DNA of 32,000 nucleotides, from positions 1 through 32,000 of the forward strand of contig NZ_FUWK01000013.1 of assembly GCF_900167395.1 (NCBI RefSeq), given 5' to 3'. This document shows positions 1 to 8,494 of the stretch, piece by piece; position 1 is the stretch's first letter, and each line of letters starts with the position of its first letter. The DNA comes from Nitrosomonas europaea. GTDB lineage: Bacteria > Pseudomonadota > Gammaproteobacteria > Burkholderiales > Nitrosomonadaceae. Position numbers and translations under genes: made by a program. Below the pieces are notes generated by a model, which was not told the DNA's origin, ran no database searches, and worked only from the letters and a program-made list of their open reading frames with translations.

Positions 1-702
1 TTTCAACCAGATATGACCGTAAAGCTATTTACTTCTCCGCCTTCATACATCTGGCTGCAGCAACTTTATGGCTTTAAATGTCGATTCGACCTAGAGAAGA
101 AGCAAGAAGATGATGTTGCTCATGGCGAGATCGAGACAGCCCATCCCGGATATCTCGGTAGCCAAGACACATTTTACGTCGGCACTATCAAGGGCGTGGG
201 CCGAATTTACCAACAAACCTTTGTCGATACTTATTCCAAGTGGGCAGCAGCGAAGCTGTATACCAACAAAACACCAATTACATCAGCTGATATGCTCAAT
301 GACCGGGTACTGCCGTTCTTTGCTGAACAGAGTATGGGCATTATTCGCATTCTGACCGACCGCGGTACCGAATATTGCGGCAAGCCGGAAAATCATGATT
401 ACCAGCTTTATCTGGCACTCAATGACATTGAGCATTCCAAAACAAAAGCCAATCATCCGCAGACTAACGGTATTTGCGAGCGTTTCCACAAAACCATCTT
501 GCAGGAATTCTACCAGGTGGCATTCCGGCGCAAGATTTACCAGTCCATTGAAGAGTTACAACACGATCTGGATGATTGGATGGCGTACTACAACAGTGTG
601 CGGACTCACCAGGGAAAAATGTGCTGTGGACGCACCCCGATGCAAACTTTAATTGACGCAAAGGAGATATGGGACGATAAAATTACCGAATTGAATAACT
701 GA
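1..702 (+). CDS. DDE (rve / integrase-core) transposase, C-terminal part; the 5' end lies off-window
   Basis: Frame 1 is open from base 1 (first ATG at 13) to TGA 700-702. The translation carries integrase-core hallmarks: ILTDRGTEY, HPQTNGICERFHKTILQEF, YYNSVRTHQG. The N-terminal HTH part must lie upstream of the window. The family (IS481 / IS3-superfamily-like) is not resolved. Confidence 0.85.
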   Translation, partial: FQPDMTVKLFTSPPSYIWLQQLYGFKCRFDLEKKQEDDVAHGEIETAHPGYLGSQDTFYVGTIKGVGRIYQQTFVDTYSKWAAAKLYTNKTPITSADMLNDRVLPFFAEQSMGIIRILTDRGTEYCGKPENHDYQLYLALNDIEHSKTKANHPQTNGICERFHKTILQEFYQVAFRRKIYQSIEELQHDLDDWMAYYNSVRTHQGKMCCGRTPMQTLIDAKEIWDDKITELNN

Positions 703-750
703 ATCTGATCTAACAGGCACTCGTCAAATCGGGTAACTGTCAGATCAGAT
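1..750 (+). mobile_element. Right-hand portion of an insertion sequence; boundary placed at about 750
   Basis: The transposase stop is followed by a 13/14-bp inverted repeat (703-716 pairs with 737-750, 20-nt spacer). The interrupted receptor frame on the other strand stops at 752-754, just outside this structure. The exact terminus and any target duplication cannot be seen because the left end is off-window. Confidence 0.6.
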
Positions 751-751
751 C

Positions 752-1882
752 TCAACTACTACAATTTATTGCAGTCGAATAATTGAGTCCAAACATCACA
801 GACCACTGATCATTAATAATAATGTTATCCCCCATTAGGATATTGTTGTATTGGTCAGCATAACTTGGATTCATTGATTTATTCCCCATAGGTCCCCAGT
901 CCGGTTCGGGTATGTACTTGAGTTGACTCAATGCCAGTGTACTCGTGCCATTTAGATAGGCCCATCCATCATTACGTACAAGTTGCTCATAATAGTTAGA
1001 TGAGTAGCCCAATGTCAGCTTATGATCAATATTGAAAGTTGAAAAACGGGTGTCTGAATAAATATATCCGCCGTAGTTATTATGTTTTTCTTTGGATAGA
1101 TTCAAAAGTCCCTGACTAATGGCAGAACCATTTGAATAAGCGAGAGGAATACCATCATAAATTGGCGTAGTTGCATTGAATCCACGCATAGTAGCATTAG
1201 GTACACCAGTCGTAACATTAGTACTAGGTTCCTGGATCAGTGGATTCATTTTAAAAATCTGTCTCATATCCTGAGCATTAACGTTCTCAATCAGATCGGA
1301 AGTTACGACACTGATCGAATAGGGTGTATCGCGCAAGCTTCGTTCACCCCATAAACCGATCCCGCTGATATTACTGACCCGATACCCTTCTTCCGCTGTG
1401 CCTTGTTTCAGGGTATCAGCTGACGTACTCACTGTCATCAGGGGAAGTGTTCCGACTGTGTTTGCAACCGGCTGCAGGACGTGCTGTCCCTGTGCATTAC
1501 GTTGTGTTTCCATCCCGGTTCCCGTCAGCAGTACGTCCAGTGCTCCCTGTATACTGAATGACCCCTGTACGCCGGGGCTATTTTTGCCTTGCGCAAGATC
1601 GTTAGCACCCACCAGGAAAATACCGGATTCAGTAGAGAAACGCGTCAACACTGTGTTCAGCGGCCCGGCTGGAATATCGTAGCGGCGTGTGGCAGCAGCC
1701 TGAGTCTGTTCGATTGCGGGCGCTACAATAGTTTGTGCTCGGATATCGGTTGACCCGCTCGCTGTGATGAACAAGCCGCCGGCAAAGATCAGCTGCACGA
1801 CCAGCCTTAGCAGATACAGGAATGAGTCGAATGGTAAGGGGTGCGCCGTAGCGGCAGTATGGGGCGAGCGACTGTAAAACAT
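752..1882 (-). pseudogene. FecA-type TonB-dependent transducer (signal region + STN signalling domain + plug + a few barrel strands), truncated by the IS
   Basis: The product is 376 aa, whereas this class is typically more than 750 aa. The STN-like segment is YDIPAGPLNTVLTRFSTESGIFLVGANDLAQGKNSPGVQGSFSIQGALDVLLTGTGME. Plug-like motifs are RDTPYSISVVTSDLIE and MRGFNATTPIYDGIPL. The usual end-of-plug R-x-E-V-L-K-G-P motif is not visible, so there may also be an internal deletion. The frame ends directly at the IS boundary. Confidence 0.75.
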
Positions 1883-2198
1883 GATATTTTTTCCTCAGAC
1901 AGGGTTAATGTGACGTTGCGAGCGCCTTTACCGTCAGGATTACCAGCTGCTTGAGCAAAGCTTGGTCCGGATATACCGATCTTGCCTTTCAGGCAGCTGA
2001 TCAATCGCTGATATGAACTGCGCTCTCACCCTGTAAATCAATCGAGCGGGCAAAAAGCGGAACCATTTTCAAAAAAATTTTGTACGATCTTCGAGATATC
2101 ACCGCGAAGGAGGAGGGCTGACATTCTGAGAGGTTGCGGGGCGGGATCGCTTTCCACTGTTCCGAATATCCCGGAGAGGCGTTTGAAATACGATTAAT

Positions 2199-3356
2199 AT
2201 GCATGGCATGAATACCAAAAATCGCCGTATTGCCCATCTGGATATGGATGCTTTTTATGCATCGGTAGAACTTCTGCGTTATCCGGAATTGCGGGGATTA
2301 CCGGTTGTCATAGGCGGCCGATCGGTTCACCAGCCAGTCATTCAGCCGGATGGGAAGCGTTCATACGTAAGGCTGCGTGACTATACCGGTCGAGGAGTAG
2401 TAACGACATCGACTTATGAGGCACGTGCATACGGCGTTTTTTCAGCGATGGGGATCATGAGGGCCGCACAGTTGGCGCCTGATGCCATACTGTTACCCGC
2501 AGATTTCGATACCTATCGTCACTATTCGCGGCTGTTTAAAGATGCGATTGCACGGATTACGCCTCATATAGAAGATCGTGGCATCGATGAGATTTATATT
2601 GATCTGAGTGAGCATCCTGATGAGACAGCTTCACTTGCATCGAGTATCAAGCAGGCAGTGCGTGATGCCACGGGGCTATCCTGTTCGATCGGAATAGCGC
2701 CCAACAAGCTCCTGGCAAAAATCAGTTCCGATCTTGAGAAACCTGATGGGCTGACTATCCTGACTCATACTGATATTCCGAATCGAATCTGGCCTTTGTC
2801 AGTTCGCAAGATTAACGGGATCGGGCCAAAAGCAGAAGAGAAGCTTGTCAGGCTGGGTATTCAGAAAATCGGGGAATTAGCCAAGGCTGAACTCAGTTTG
2901 CTCCAGGCTCATTTTGGCCGTAGTAACGCAATCTGGCTTCATGACTCAGCCCATGGTCGCGATAGCCGCCCCGTGGTAATCAGTTCAGAATCCAAGTCAA
3001 TCAGTCGTGAAGCAACCTTTGAACGAGATCTTCATGTGCAGGAGGATCGGGAAATATTGTCGGATATCTTCACTGAATTATGTACGCGTGTTGCAGAAGA
3101 TTTACAACGCAAAGGCTATGTCGGGCGAACGATCGGTATCAAATTGCGATACGAAAATTTTCAAACGATCACACGTGATCTGACTGTACGGAACCCGACT
3201 GCTGATGCGTCAACTATTCGCAAGGCTGCGAGAGATTGTCTTCGGCGTGTTCCTTTCGAACAAAAGTTGAGATTACTTGGCGTTCGTATCAGCGGGTTGT
3301 CTAAGATCAGTGCGTTATTAAAGGAAAACTATTACTTTCAGGAAGAGCTGTTTTGA
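2199..3356 (+). CDS. dinB: DNA polymerase IV (Y-family translesion polymerase)
   Basis: The N-terminus reads IAHLDMDAFYASVELLRYPELRGLPVVIGG, followed by SCSIGIAPNKLLAKISSDLEKPDGL and INGIGPK. At 385 aa the length is typical. The start could be ATG 2199 or ATG 2208; neither has a clear SD. Confidence 0.9.
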   Translation: MHGMNTKNRRIAHLDMDAFYASVELLRYPELRGLPVVIGGRSVHQPVIQPDGKRSYVRLRDYTGRGVVTTSTYEARAYGVFSAMGIMRAAQLAPDAILLPADFDTYRHYSRLFKDAIARITPHIEDRGIDEIYIDLSEHPDETASLASSIKQAVRDATGLSCSIGIAPNKLLAKISSDLEKPDGLTILTHTDIPNRIWPLSVRKINGIGPKAEEKLVRLGIQKIGELAKAELSLLQAHFGRSNAIWLHDSAHGRDSRPVVISSESKSISREATFERDLHVQEDREILSDIFTELCTRVAEDLQRKGYVGRTIGIKLRYENFQTITRDLTVRNPTADASTIRKAARDCLRRVPFEQKLRLLGVRISGLSKISALLKENYYFQEELF

Positions 3357-3359
3357 TTA

Positions 3360-3485
3360 ATGGAAAAGATTATGGATATCAGACCAATCAGGACAGACAC
3401 TGGCTACCGTACAGTACTGAAGGAAGTCGAAACGCTCATGACTGCAGAATCCAGAACAGTGGAAGGCGATAAACTGGAATTTTAG
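3360..3485 (+). pseudogene. Stub resembling the N-terminus of a HigA / COG5499-type HTH antitoxin (41 codons)
   Basis: I translated this by hand: MEKIMDIRPIRTDTGYRTVLKEVETLMTAESRTVEGDKLEF*. The pattern (I-R-P-I-x-T-x-x-x-Y, then L-M-x-A-E-x-x-T-x-E-G-D-x-L) is how these antitoxins begin, but the HTH body is missing. It starts 4 nt after the dinB stop. The assignment rests on remembered family patterns, not on a search. Confidence 0.35.
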
Positions 3486-3594
3486 GATCAACTATAAATC
3501 AAAACTTACTTTGTCGGCTTCTCCTTGCCGTATTGTTCATGCTGTCTGCGGCTCGCCTTCTCGTCATTTTTGATTGGGAAATAGAATTATCGGT

Positions 3595-4617
3595 TCAGCG
3601 GTGGGGATCAGCGTCGGTTCGTGCCTCGATGCTGACCCACCAGGGCAGTGTGCGCTGGATCCGAATCGGGAGGGCAGATGCCAGCATGGTCAGGGTATCG
3701 TCGGTGTCTCGTAGCGGGAAGCTGCCAAACACGCGCAGACCAGCTACTTCAGGGGCTATACCCAGATACCCGCTGCGATAACGGCGCAGTTCCTTCACGA
3801 CATCGCCCAGTGTCATATCCCAGGCTACCAGTACACCACGGCTCCAGGTTTCGCGTGCACTATCGGCTGGTTCGACCGCTGCTGAGGCATCGGTGGTAAA
3901 ACGGGTTTGCTGTCCCGCCTGGATGAGGGAGGATGTACCCGCCGCAGAGGTTATTTCGACGCTACCCTGATAGACTCCCAGGAAGGTTTTGTCACTCTCC
4001 AATCGCACAGTAAAACGGGTGCCCAATGCTCTCAACCGTCCCTGCGGTGTATCGACTACAAAAGGCCGCTGTGGGTCAGTAGCAGTATCGATCAGAATTT
4101 CACCTGTGATCAGGCACAGGCGGCGGAGACTGGCGTGATACGCTTCGTTGAGCGCAGTAGCAGTATTGAGCCAGACATGCGTGCCATCCGACAGGACGAC
4201 TTCGCGCTGCTCACCGGTAGCAGTGTGATGATCGGCCATCTGTGCCAGAACGATACCGGGTAGCGGTGTATGACGCCAGGTTGCCCAGCCGAATAGTCCG
4301 GTTCCGGCCAGAGCGACGATACTGGTCAGTATTCTGCGGCGCTGTATCACCCGGCTATTGGCAGCCCATAAACCATCGGCAGTTTGTCGGGGGTCAGGGG
4401 TAGCATGGATAGGCTCGAAGCTGCGGCTGATGGTTTCAACATATTGCCAGGCGAGGCGGTGGTCGGAGCTGTGTTCCAGCCAGGACTGCCAACGGGCATG
4501 ATCATCGTGGGTGGCTTCGCCGGAACGCAGTAGTGCATACCACTCGGCAGCCTGTTCCATTGCCTGATGCGAGGGTTCAGTCGGAGTAGAATCAGGCAAT
4601 GGGGTCGTAGTGGACAC
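3595..4617 (-). CDS. fecR: FecR-family anti-sigma factor / transmembrane iron sensor
   Basis: The N-terminus AMEQAAEWYALLRSGEATHDDHARWQSWLEHSSDHRLAWQYVE is typical of FecR. There is a single TM segment (ILTSIVALAGTGLFGWATW) and a periplasmic FecR domain. GTG start at 4617, 21 nt after the sigma gene stop. Confidence 0.85.
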   Translation of the reverse strand: MSTTTPLPDSTPTEPSHQAMEQAAEWYALLRSGEATHDDHARWQSWLEHSSDHRLAWQYVETISRSFEPIHATPDPRQTADGLWAANSRVIQRRRILTSIVALAGTGLFGWATWRHTPLPGIVLAQMADHHTATGEQREVVLSDGTHVWLNTATALNEAYHASLRRLCLITGEILIDTATDPQRPFVVDTPQGRLRALGTRFTVRLESDKTFLGVYQGSVEITSAAGTSSLIQAGQQTRFTTDASAAVEPADSARETWSRGVLVAWDMTLGDVVKELRRYRSGYLGIAPEVAGLRVFGSFPLRDTDDTLTMLASALPIRIQRTLPWWVSIEARTDADPHR

Positions 4618-4638
4618 GTGAATCAGGCCATGCCGGGA

Positions 4639-5151
4639 TCAAGGGAATCCATACTTGCGTACCATGCGAGATGAAACGCCAAGTGCTTCAGCCACTTCCT
4701 TGTCCGTCATCTGGCAAGCTGCAGCCATGAGGAAAGCTCGGGCAGCTTTAGGCGGAAGATCGAGCAGCATAGTGCCGATTTCATGCAGCGCTTCCAATAC
4801 CATGACTTGTCGCTCGGGAGAAGGGGCGAGGGCCTCCGGCCATGCAGCCAGGGTATCCAGCCAGGCTCGTTCGATTTCACGGCGGTGCCACAGGTTGATG
4901 CACATGCCCTGAGCCATGGTACGCAGGTAGGCGCGTGCTTCACCAAAATTGGCAAAACCGCGAGGAGCCGGTTTGATAATAAGGCGCAGAAAAGCATCAT
5001 GTGCCAGATCGGCTGCGTCAGCAGCGTTACCCAACCGGTGGCGTAACCAGCTGTACAGCCAGTCATGATGATCGCTGTACAGGAAATAAACCTGCTGCAT
5101 CGCAGAATCGGCAGTCGGTACGATATCCTTGGAGGAATCGGTTGAGCACAT
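4639..5151 (-). CDS. fecI: ECF sigma-70 factor, FecI-type (iron-starvation group)
   Basis: Region 2 reads HHDWLYSWLRHRLGNAADAADLAHDAFLRL. The region 4 HTH reads MTDKEVAEALGVSSRMVRKY. The start is ambiguous: the ORF opens at 5184, with internal ATGs at 5151 and 5100, none with a convincing SD. The C-terminus ends soon after the HTH, shorter than E. coli FecI. Confidence 0.85.
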   Translation of the reverse strand: MCSTDSSKDIVPTADSAMQQVYFLYSDHHDWLYSWLRHRLGNAADAADLAHDAFLRLIIKPAPRGFANFGEARAYLRTMAQGMCINLWHRREIERAWLDTLAAWPEALAPSPERQVMVLEALHEIGTMLLDLPPKAARAFLMAAACQMTDKEVAEALGVSSRMVRKYGFP

Positions 5152-5396
5152 ATACAGAAAGATCAAGAAATGAGAACGATTCACATTCTACAAGATGCAA
5201 TATGAATCTTGCAATCGAGCTTTGATCGGCTGCTGTTGACGATAATGCATATCCATCATCTGTTGTTTAGCTCCATGGTATGCCGATAGCTCGCCAGGAG
5301 TGGATGGTCTGGTGTATGGTGGAGTAAGGGCGCCTGCGACGTACTGATGATCATAGTCTGCGAAGTTGTCCTGTTCCTAACTCTGAGAGGTATGCT

Positions 5397-7565
5397 ATGA
5401 GACACGAACATCATCAGCCCAATAGTCATGATCCAGCCACGGCACAGCCACTTGCCGATGCATCTGGGGCGATCTATACCTGTCCGATGCACCCCGAGAT
5501 TCGCCAGGATCATCCGGGTACCTGCCCAAAATGCGGTATGGCTTTAGAGCCACTGCTACCTGATCTGGATGATGACGACAATCCTGAGTTGCGCGATTTC
5601 TCGCGGCGCTTCTGGTGGACACTGCCTCTGACGCTGGTTGTACTGATTCTGGCAATGTTTGGCGAGCATCTGCAGTTGATGGATATGACGCAGCAAAGCT
5701 GGGTTGAGCTAATTCTGTCGCTGCCAGTCGTTCTATGGGCCGGTTGGCCTTTCTTCCTGCGCGGGTGGCAGTCCGTGTATAACCACAGCCCGAACATGTG
5801 GACACTCATCAGCCTGGGCACAGGAGCAGCCTTTATCTATAGTGTGGTTGCGACTGTTGCACCCCAGGTGTTTCCCGCATCATTCATGTCAATGGGGCGT
5901 GTCGGGGTGTACTTCGAGGCTGCTGTAGTCATCATTTCACTCACACTGCTGGGTCAGGTACTGGAGCTGAAGGCCCGCTCGCAGACATCGGCAGCAATCA
6001 AATCCCTGTTGGGTCTGGCCCCCAAGACTGCACGCCGCATCCGTGTAGACGGCAGTGAGGAAGATGTGCCGCTGAGCCACGTGCATGTCGGCGACTTGCT
6101 GCGCATCCGGCCTGGTGAAAAAGTGCCCGTCGATGGTGTGGTGTTCGAAGGCAGCAGTTCGGTGGATGAATCAATGCTGACCGGCGAGCCGTTGCCTGTC
6201 AGCAAACGCCAGGGTGACAAGGTCATCGGGGCCACGCTGAATACCAGCGGTTCGCTGGTCATGCGCTCGGAACGGATTGGCTCGGACACCGTACTCTCGC
6301 AAATCGTGCAAATGGTCGCTCAGGCGCAACGTTCCAGAGCGCCGATGCAGCGTATGGCAGACGTGGTGGCCGGCTACTTCGTAATAGCCGTCGTCGTCAT
6401 TGCCATTACCACTTTCTTTGTTTGGGGAATGTTCGGACCGCAACCTTCCTGGGTATACGGGCTGATCAATGCCGTCGCGGTGCTGATCATCGCATGCCCG
6501 TGCGCGCTGGGGCTGGCCACACCGATGTCGATCATGGTTGCTACGGGGCGTGGTGCCACGCAGGGCGTGTTGTTCCGCGATGCGGCGGCGATCGAGAATC
6601 TGCGTAAGGTCGATACGCTGGTCATCGATAAGACTGGCACCTTGACCGAAGGGCGGCCCGTCTTTGATCGCGTAGTGCCAGCCGATGGTTTCACTGCCGA
6701 GGAAGTGCTGCGTCTTGCGGCCAGCCTTGACCAGGGCAGCGAGCACCCGCTGGCTGAGGCCATCGTTCAGGCCGCCCGTGCCCAGGGACTTGTACTTGTC
6801 AAACCCCAGACCTTCGAGTCGGGATCCGGTATTGGCGTGCGTGGTAATGTGGAGCACCAGCAGCTTGCGCTCGGCAACACAGTACTGATGGAACAAACCG
6901 GCGTATCGGTCACTTCGTTGATGTCGCAAGCTGAATCGTTGCGCGGCGAAGGGGCCAGCGTCATGTATCTGGCCGTGGATGGCCAGCTTGCCGGATTGCT
7001 CGCGGTATCCGATCCGGTGAAGGCCAGTACACCCGAGGCCCTGGCCGCGCTAAAAGAGGCGGGCCTGAACGTGATCATGGCCACGGGTGATGGCCAGACG
7101 ACTGCCAGGGCAGTTGGTACGAAACTGGGCATCGACGAGGTTTACGGTGAGGTCAAACCTGCAGACAAGCTTTCACTGATCGAGTGTTTGCAAAAAGAAG
7201 GCCGTATCGTTGCCATGGCGGGTGACGGCATCAACGATGCTCCAGCTCTTGCCAAGGCAGATGTCGGTATCGCAATGGGTACAGGAACCGATGTTGCGAT
7301 GAATAGCGCTCAGGTCACCCTCATCAAGGGTGATTTGCGCGGAATCGCTACCGCACGCACATTGTCGGTGAGCACAGTGCGCAACATGAAGCAAAATCTG
7401 GCATTTGCTTTTCTTTACAACGTCATGGGCATTCCGGTCGCCGCAGGCATCCTGTACCCCTTCACGGGGTGGCTGCTATCGCCGATGATTGCCGCCCTGG
7501 CCATGAGTCTGAGTTCGGCATCGGTGGTTGGCAATGCGCTTCGGTTGCGGAACAGTAGCTTGTAA
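5397..7565 (+). CDS. P1B-type heavy-metal (Cu+/Ag+) translocating ATPase with a Cys/His N-terminal metal-binding motif instead of an HMA domain
   Basis: P-type motifs present: TGEP, CPC ([13 protein letters not shown]), [24 protein letters not shown]. The N-terminus reads [12 protein letters not shown]...[35 protein letters not shown] lies upstream of ATG 5397. Confidence 0.9.
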   Translation: MRHEHHQPNSHDPATAQPLADASGAIYTCPMHPEIRQDHPGTCPKCGMALEPLLPDLDDDDNPELRDFSRRFWWTLPLTLVVLILAMFGEHLQLMDMTQQSWVELILSLPVVLWAGWPFFLRGWQSVYNHSPNMWTLISLGTGAAFIYSVVATVAPQVFPASFMSMGRVGVYFEAAVVIISLTLLGQVLELKARSQTSAAIKSLLGLAPKTARRIRVDGSEEDVPLSHVHVGDLLRIRPGEKVPVDGVVFEGSSSVDESMLTGEPLPVSKRQGDKVIGATLNTSGSLVMRSERIGSDTVLSQIVQMVAQAQRSRAPMQRMADVVAGYFVIAVVVIAITTFFVWGMFGPQPSWVYGLINAVAVLIIACPCALGLATPMSIMVATGRGATQGVLFRDAAAIENLRKVDTLVIDKTGTLTEGRPVFDRVVPADGFTAEEVLRLAASLDQGSEHPLAEAIVQAARAQGLVLVKPQTFESGSGIGVRGNVEHQQLALGNTVLMEQTGVSVTSLMSQAESLRGEGASVMYLAVDGQLAGLLAVSDPVKASTPEALAALKEAGLNVIMATGDGQTTARAVGTKLGIDEVYGEVKPADKLSLIECLQKEGRIVAMAGDGINDAPALAKADVGIAMGTGTDVAMNSAQVTLIKGDLRGIATARTLSVSTVRNMKQNLAFAFLYNVMGIPVAAGILYPFTGWLLSPMIAALAMSLSSASVVGNALRLRNSSL

Positions 7566-7580
7566 GGGCTCGTGGCAGAT

Positions 7581-8420
7581 TCATTGATGATCATTCCCGG
7601 CCTTGGCCAGGATTTTATCCAGTACGGAAACCGGGAGGATGCGTTTGAGAAAACCGAACAGGTGTGTCGGGAAGGTGACGTAGTAGCGTGCCTTGGGAGT
7701 ATCGGCTTCCAGCGCGTAGATCACTTTTTTCAGCACGGCTTCCGGGGGTAAGGTGAAGGGGACAGCCGGTCCCGGTTTATTGAGCCGATTGTGGATAGCG
7801 AGATATTTTTCGCGATGAACGCTTCGTTCGACATCGATATAACGTTCGAATGCTTTCATCGCATTGGCGCGGAATTGGGTGATGATCGGCCCCGGCTCGA
7901 TCAGGCTGACAAAAATTCTGCTTCCTCTCAGCTCCAGCCGCAAAGTATCGCTCCAGCCTTCGATCGCATATTTGGAGGCATTGTAGGCGCCGCGAAACGG
8001 CATGGCGGTAAAGCCCAATACCGAGCTGTTCTGAATGATGCGTCCGTATCCCTGCCTGCGCATGGCGGGCAGAATCAGATTGGTCAGCTCCACCCAGCCA
8101 AAGAGATTGGTTTCGAACTGCGCGCGTAATGCTTCCCGGCTGAGATCTTCAACTGCACCGGGCTGGCCGTAGCCGCCGTTGTTGAACAGGGCGTACAACT
8201 CACCACCGCTGCGTCGCAGGGTTTCTTCGACAGCCCACCGAATCGAATCGGAATCATTCAGATCGAGCCGAAAACTCTCCAGTCCTTCCGCGAGCAGCAT
8301 TTCTACACTTTCCTGTCGGCGGGCGGTGGCAAAGACACGGTAACCGCGTGCATGCAGACCATGGGCAGTGTAATAGCCGATACCGCTGGAACAGCCGGTA
8401 ATCAATATGGATTTTTTCAT
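7581..8420 (-). CDS. Short-chain dehydrogenase/reductase (SDR) family oxidoreductase
   Basis: Cofactor motif ILITGCSSGIGYY (TGxxxGIG), NNGG, and the catalytic YNASKYAIEG (YxxxK). 279 aa. Confidence 0.85.
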   Translation of the reverse strand: MKKSILITGCSSGIGYYTAHGLHARGYRVFATARRQESVEMLLAEGLESFRLDLNDSDSIRWAVEETLRRSGGELYALFNNGGYGQPGAVEDLSREALRAQFETNLFGWVELTNLILPAMRRQGYGRIIQNSSVLGFTAMPFRGAYNASKYAIEGWSDTLRLELRGSRIFVSLIEPGPIITQFRANAMKAFERYIDVERSVHREKYLAIHNRLNKPGPAVPFTLPPEAVLKKVIYALEADTPKARYYVTFPTHLFGFLKRILPVSVLDKILAKAGNDHQ

Positions 8421-8494
8421 TGTTCTGCTCTATGTAGTCGATTGAAGTTCAATTTCACCCGTGCACGTGCAGTCTGGGCGGCCAGGCAGCCGGG

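Noticed and set aside
2005-2198. I looked for a LexA/SOS box (CTGT-N8-ACAG) upstream of dinB.
   Set aside because: Only half-matches are present (CTGTAAATCAATCGAG and CTGTTCCGAATATCCC), and neither has the ACAG arm. No SOS operator can be supported.
1883-2198. I searched for a FecI-type (iron-starvation ECF) promoter in front of the truncated receptor.
   Set aside because: GGTAAT and TAAAG elements followed by CGTC are present, but at spacings of 23 and 10 nt. These do not fit the roughly 16-17 nt spacing of known promoters of this class.
1807-2237. Two minus-strand ORFs of 65 and 78 aa in the receptor / dinB intergenic region.
   Set aside because: They overlap the promoter regions and the starts of the flanking genes, lack an SD, and have Cys/Arg/Ser-rich, non-protein-like translations.
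5241-5260. A Fur-like sequence, GATAATGCATATCCATCATC, in the fecI / ATPase divergent region. A CAAGAT-N9-ATCTTG dyad also lies at 5191-5211.
   Set aside because: Only about 11/19 positions match the Fur consensus: a perfect first hexamer and then decay. It is plausible for a fecI promoter but too weak to call as a feature.
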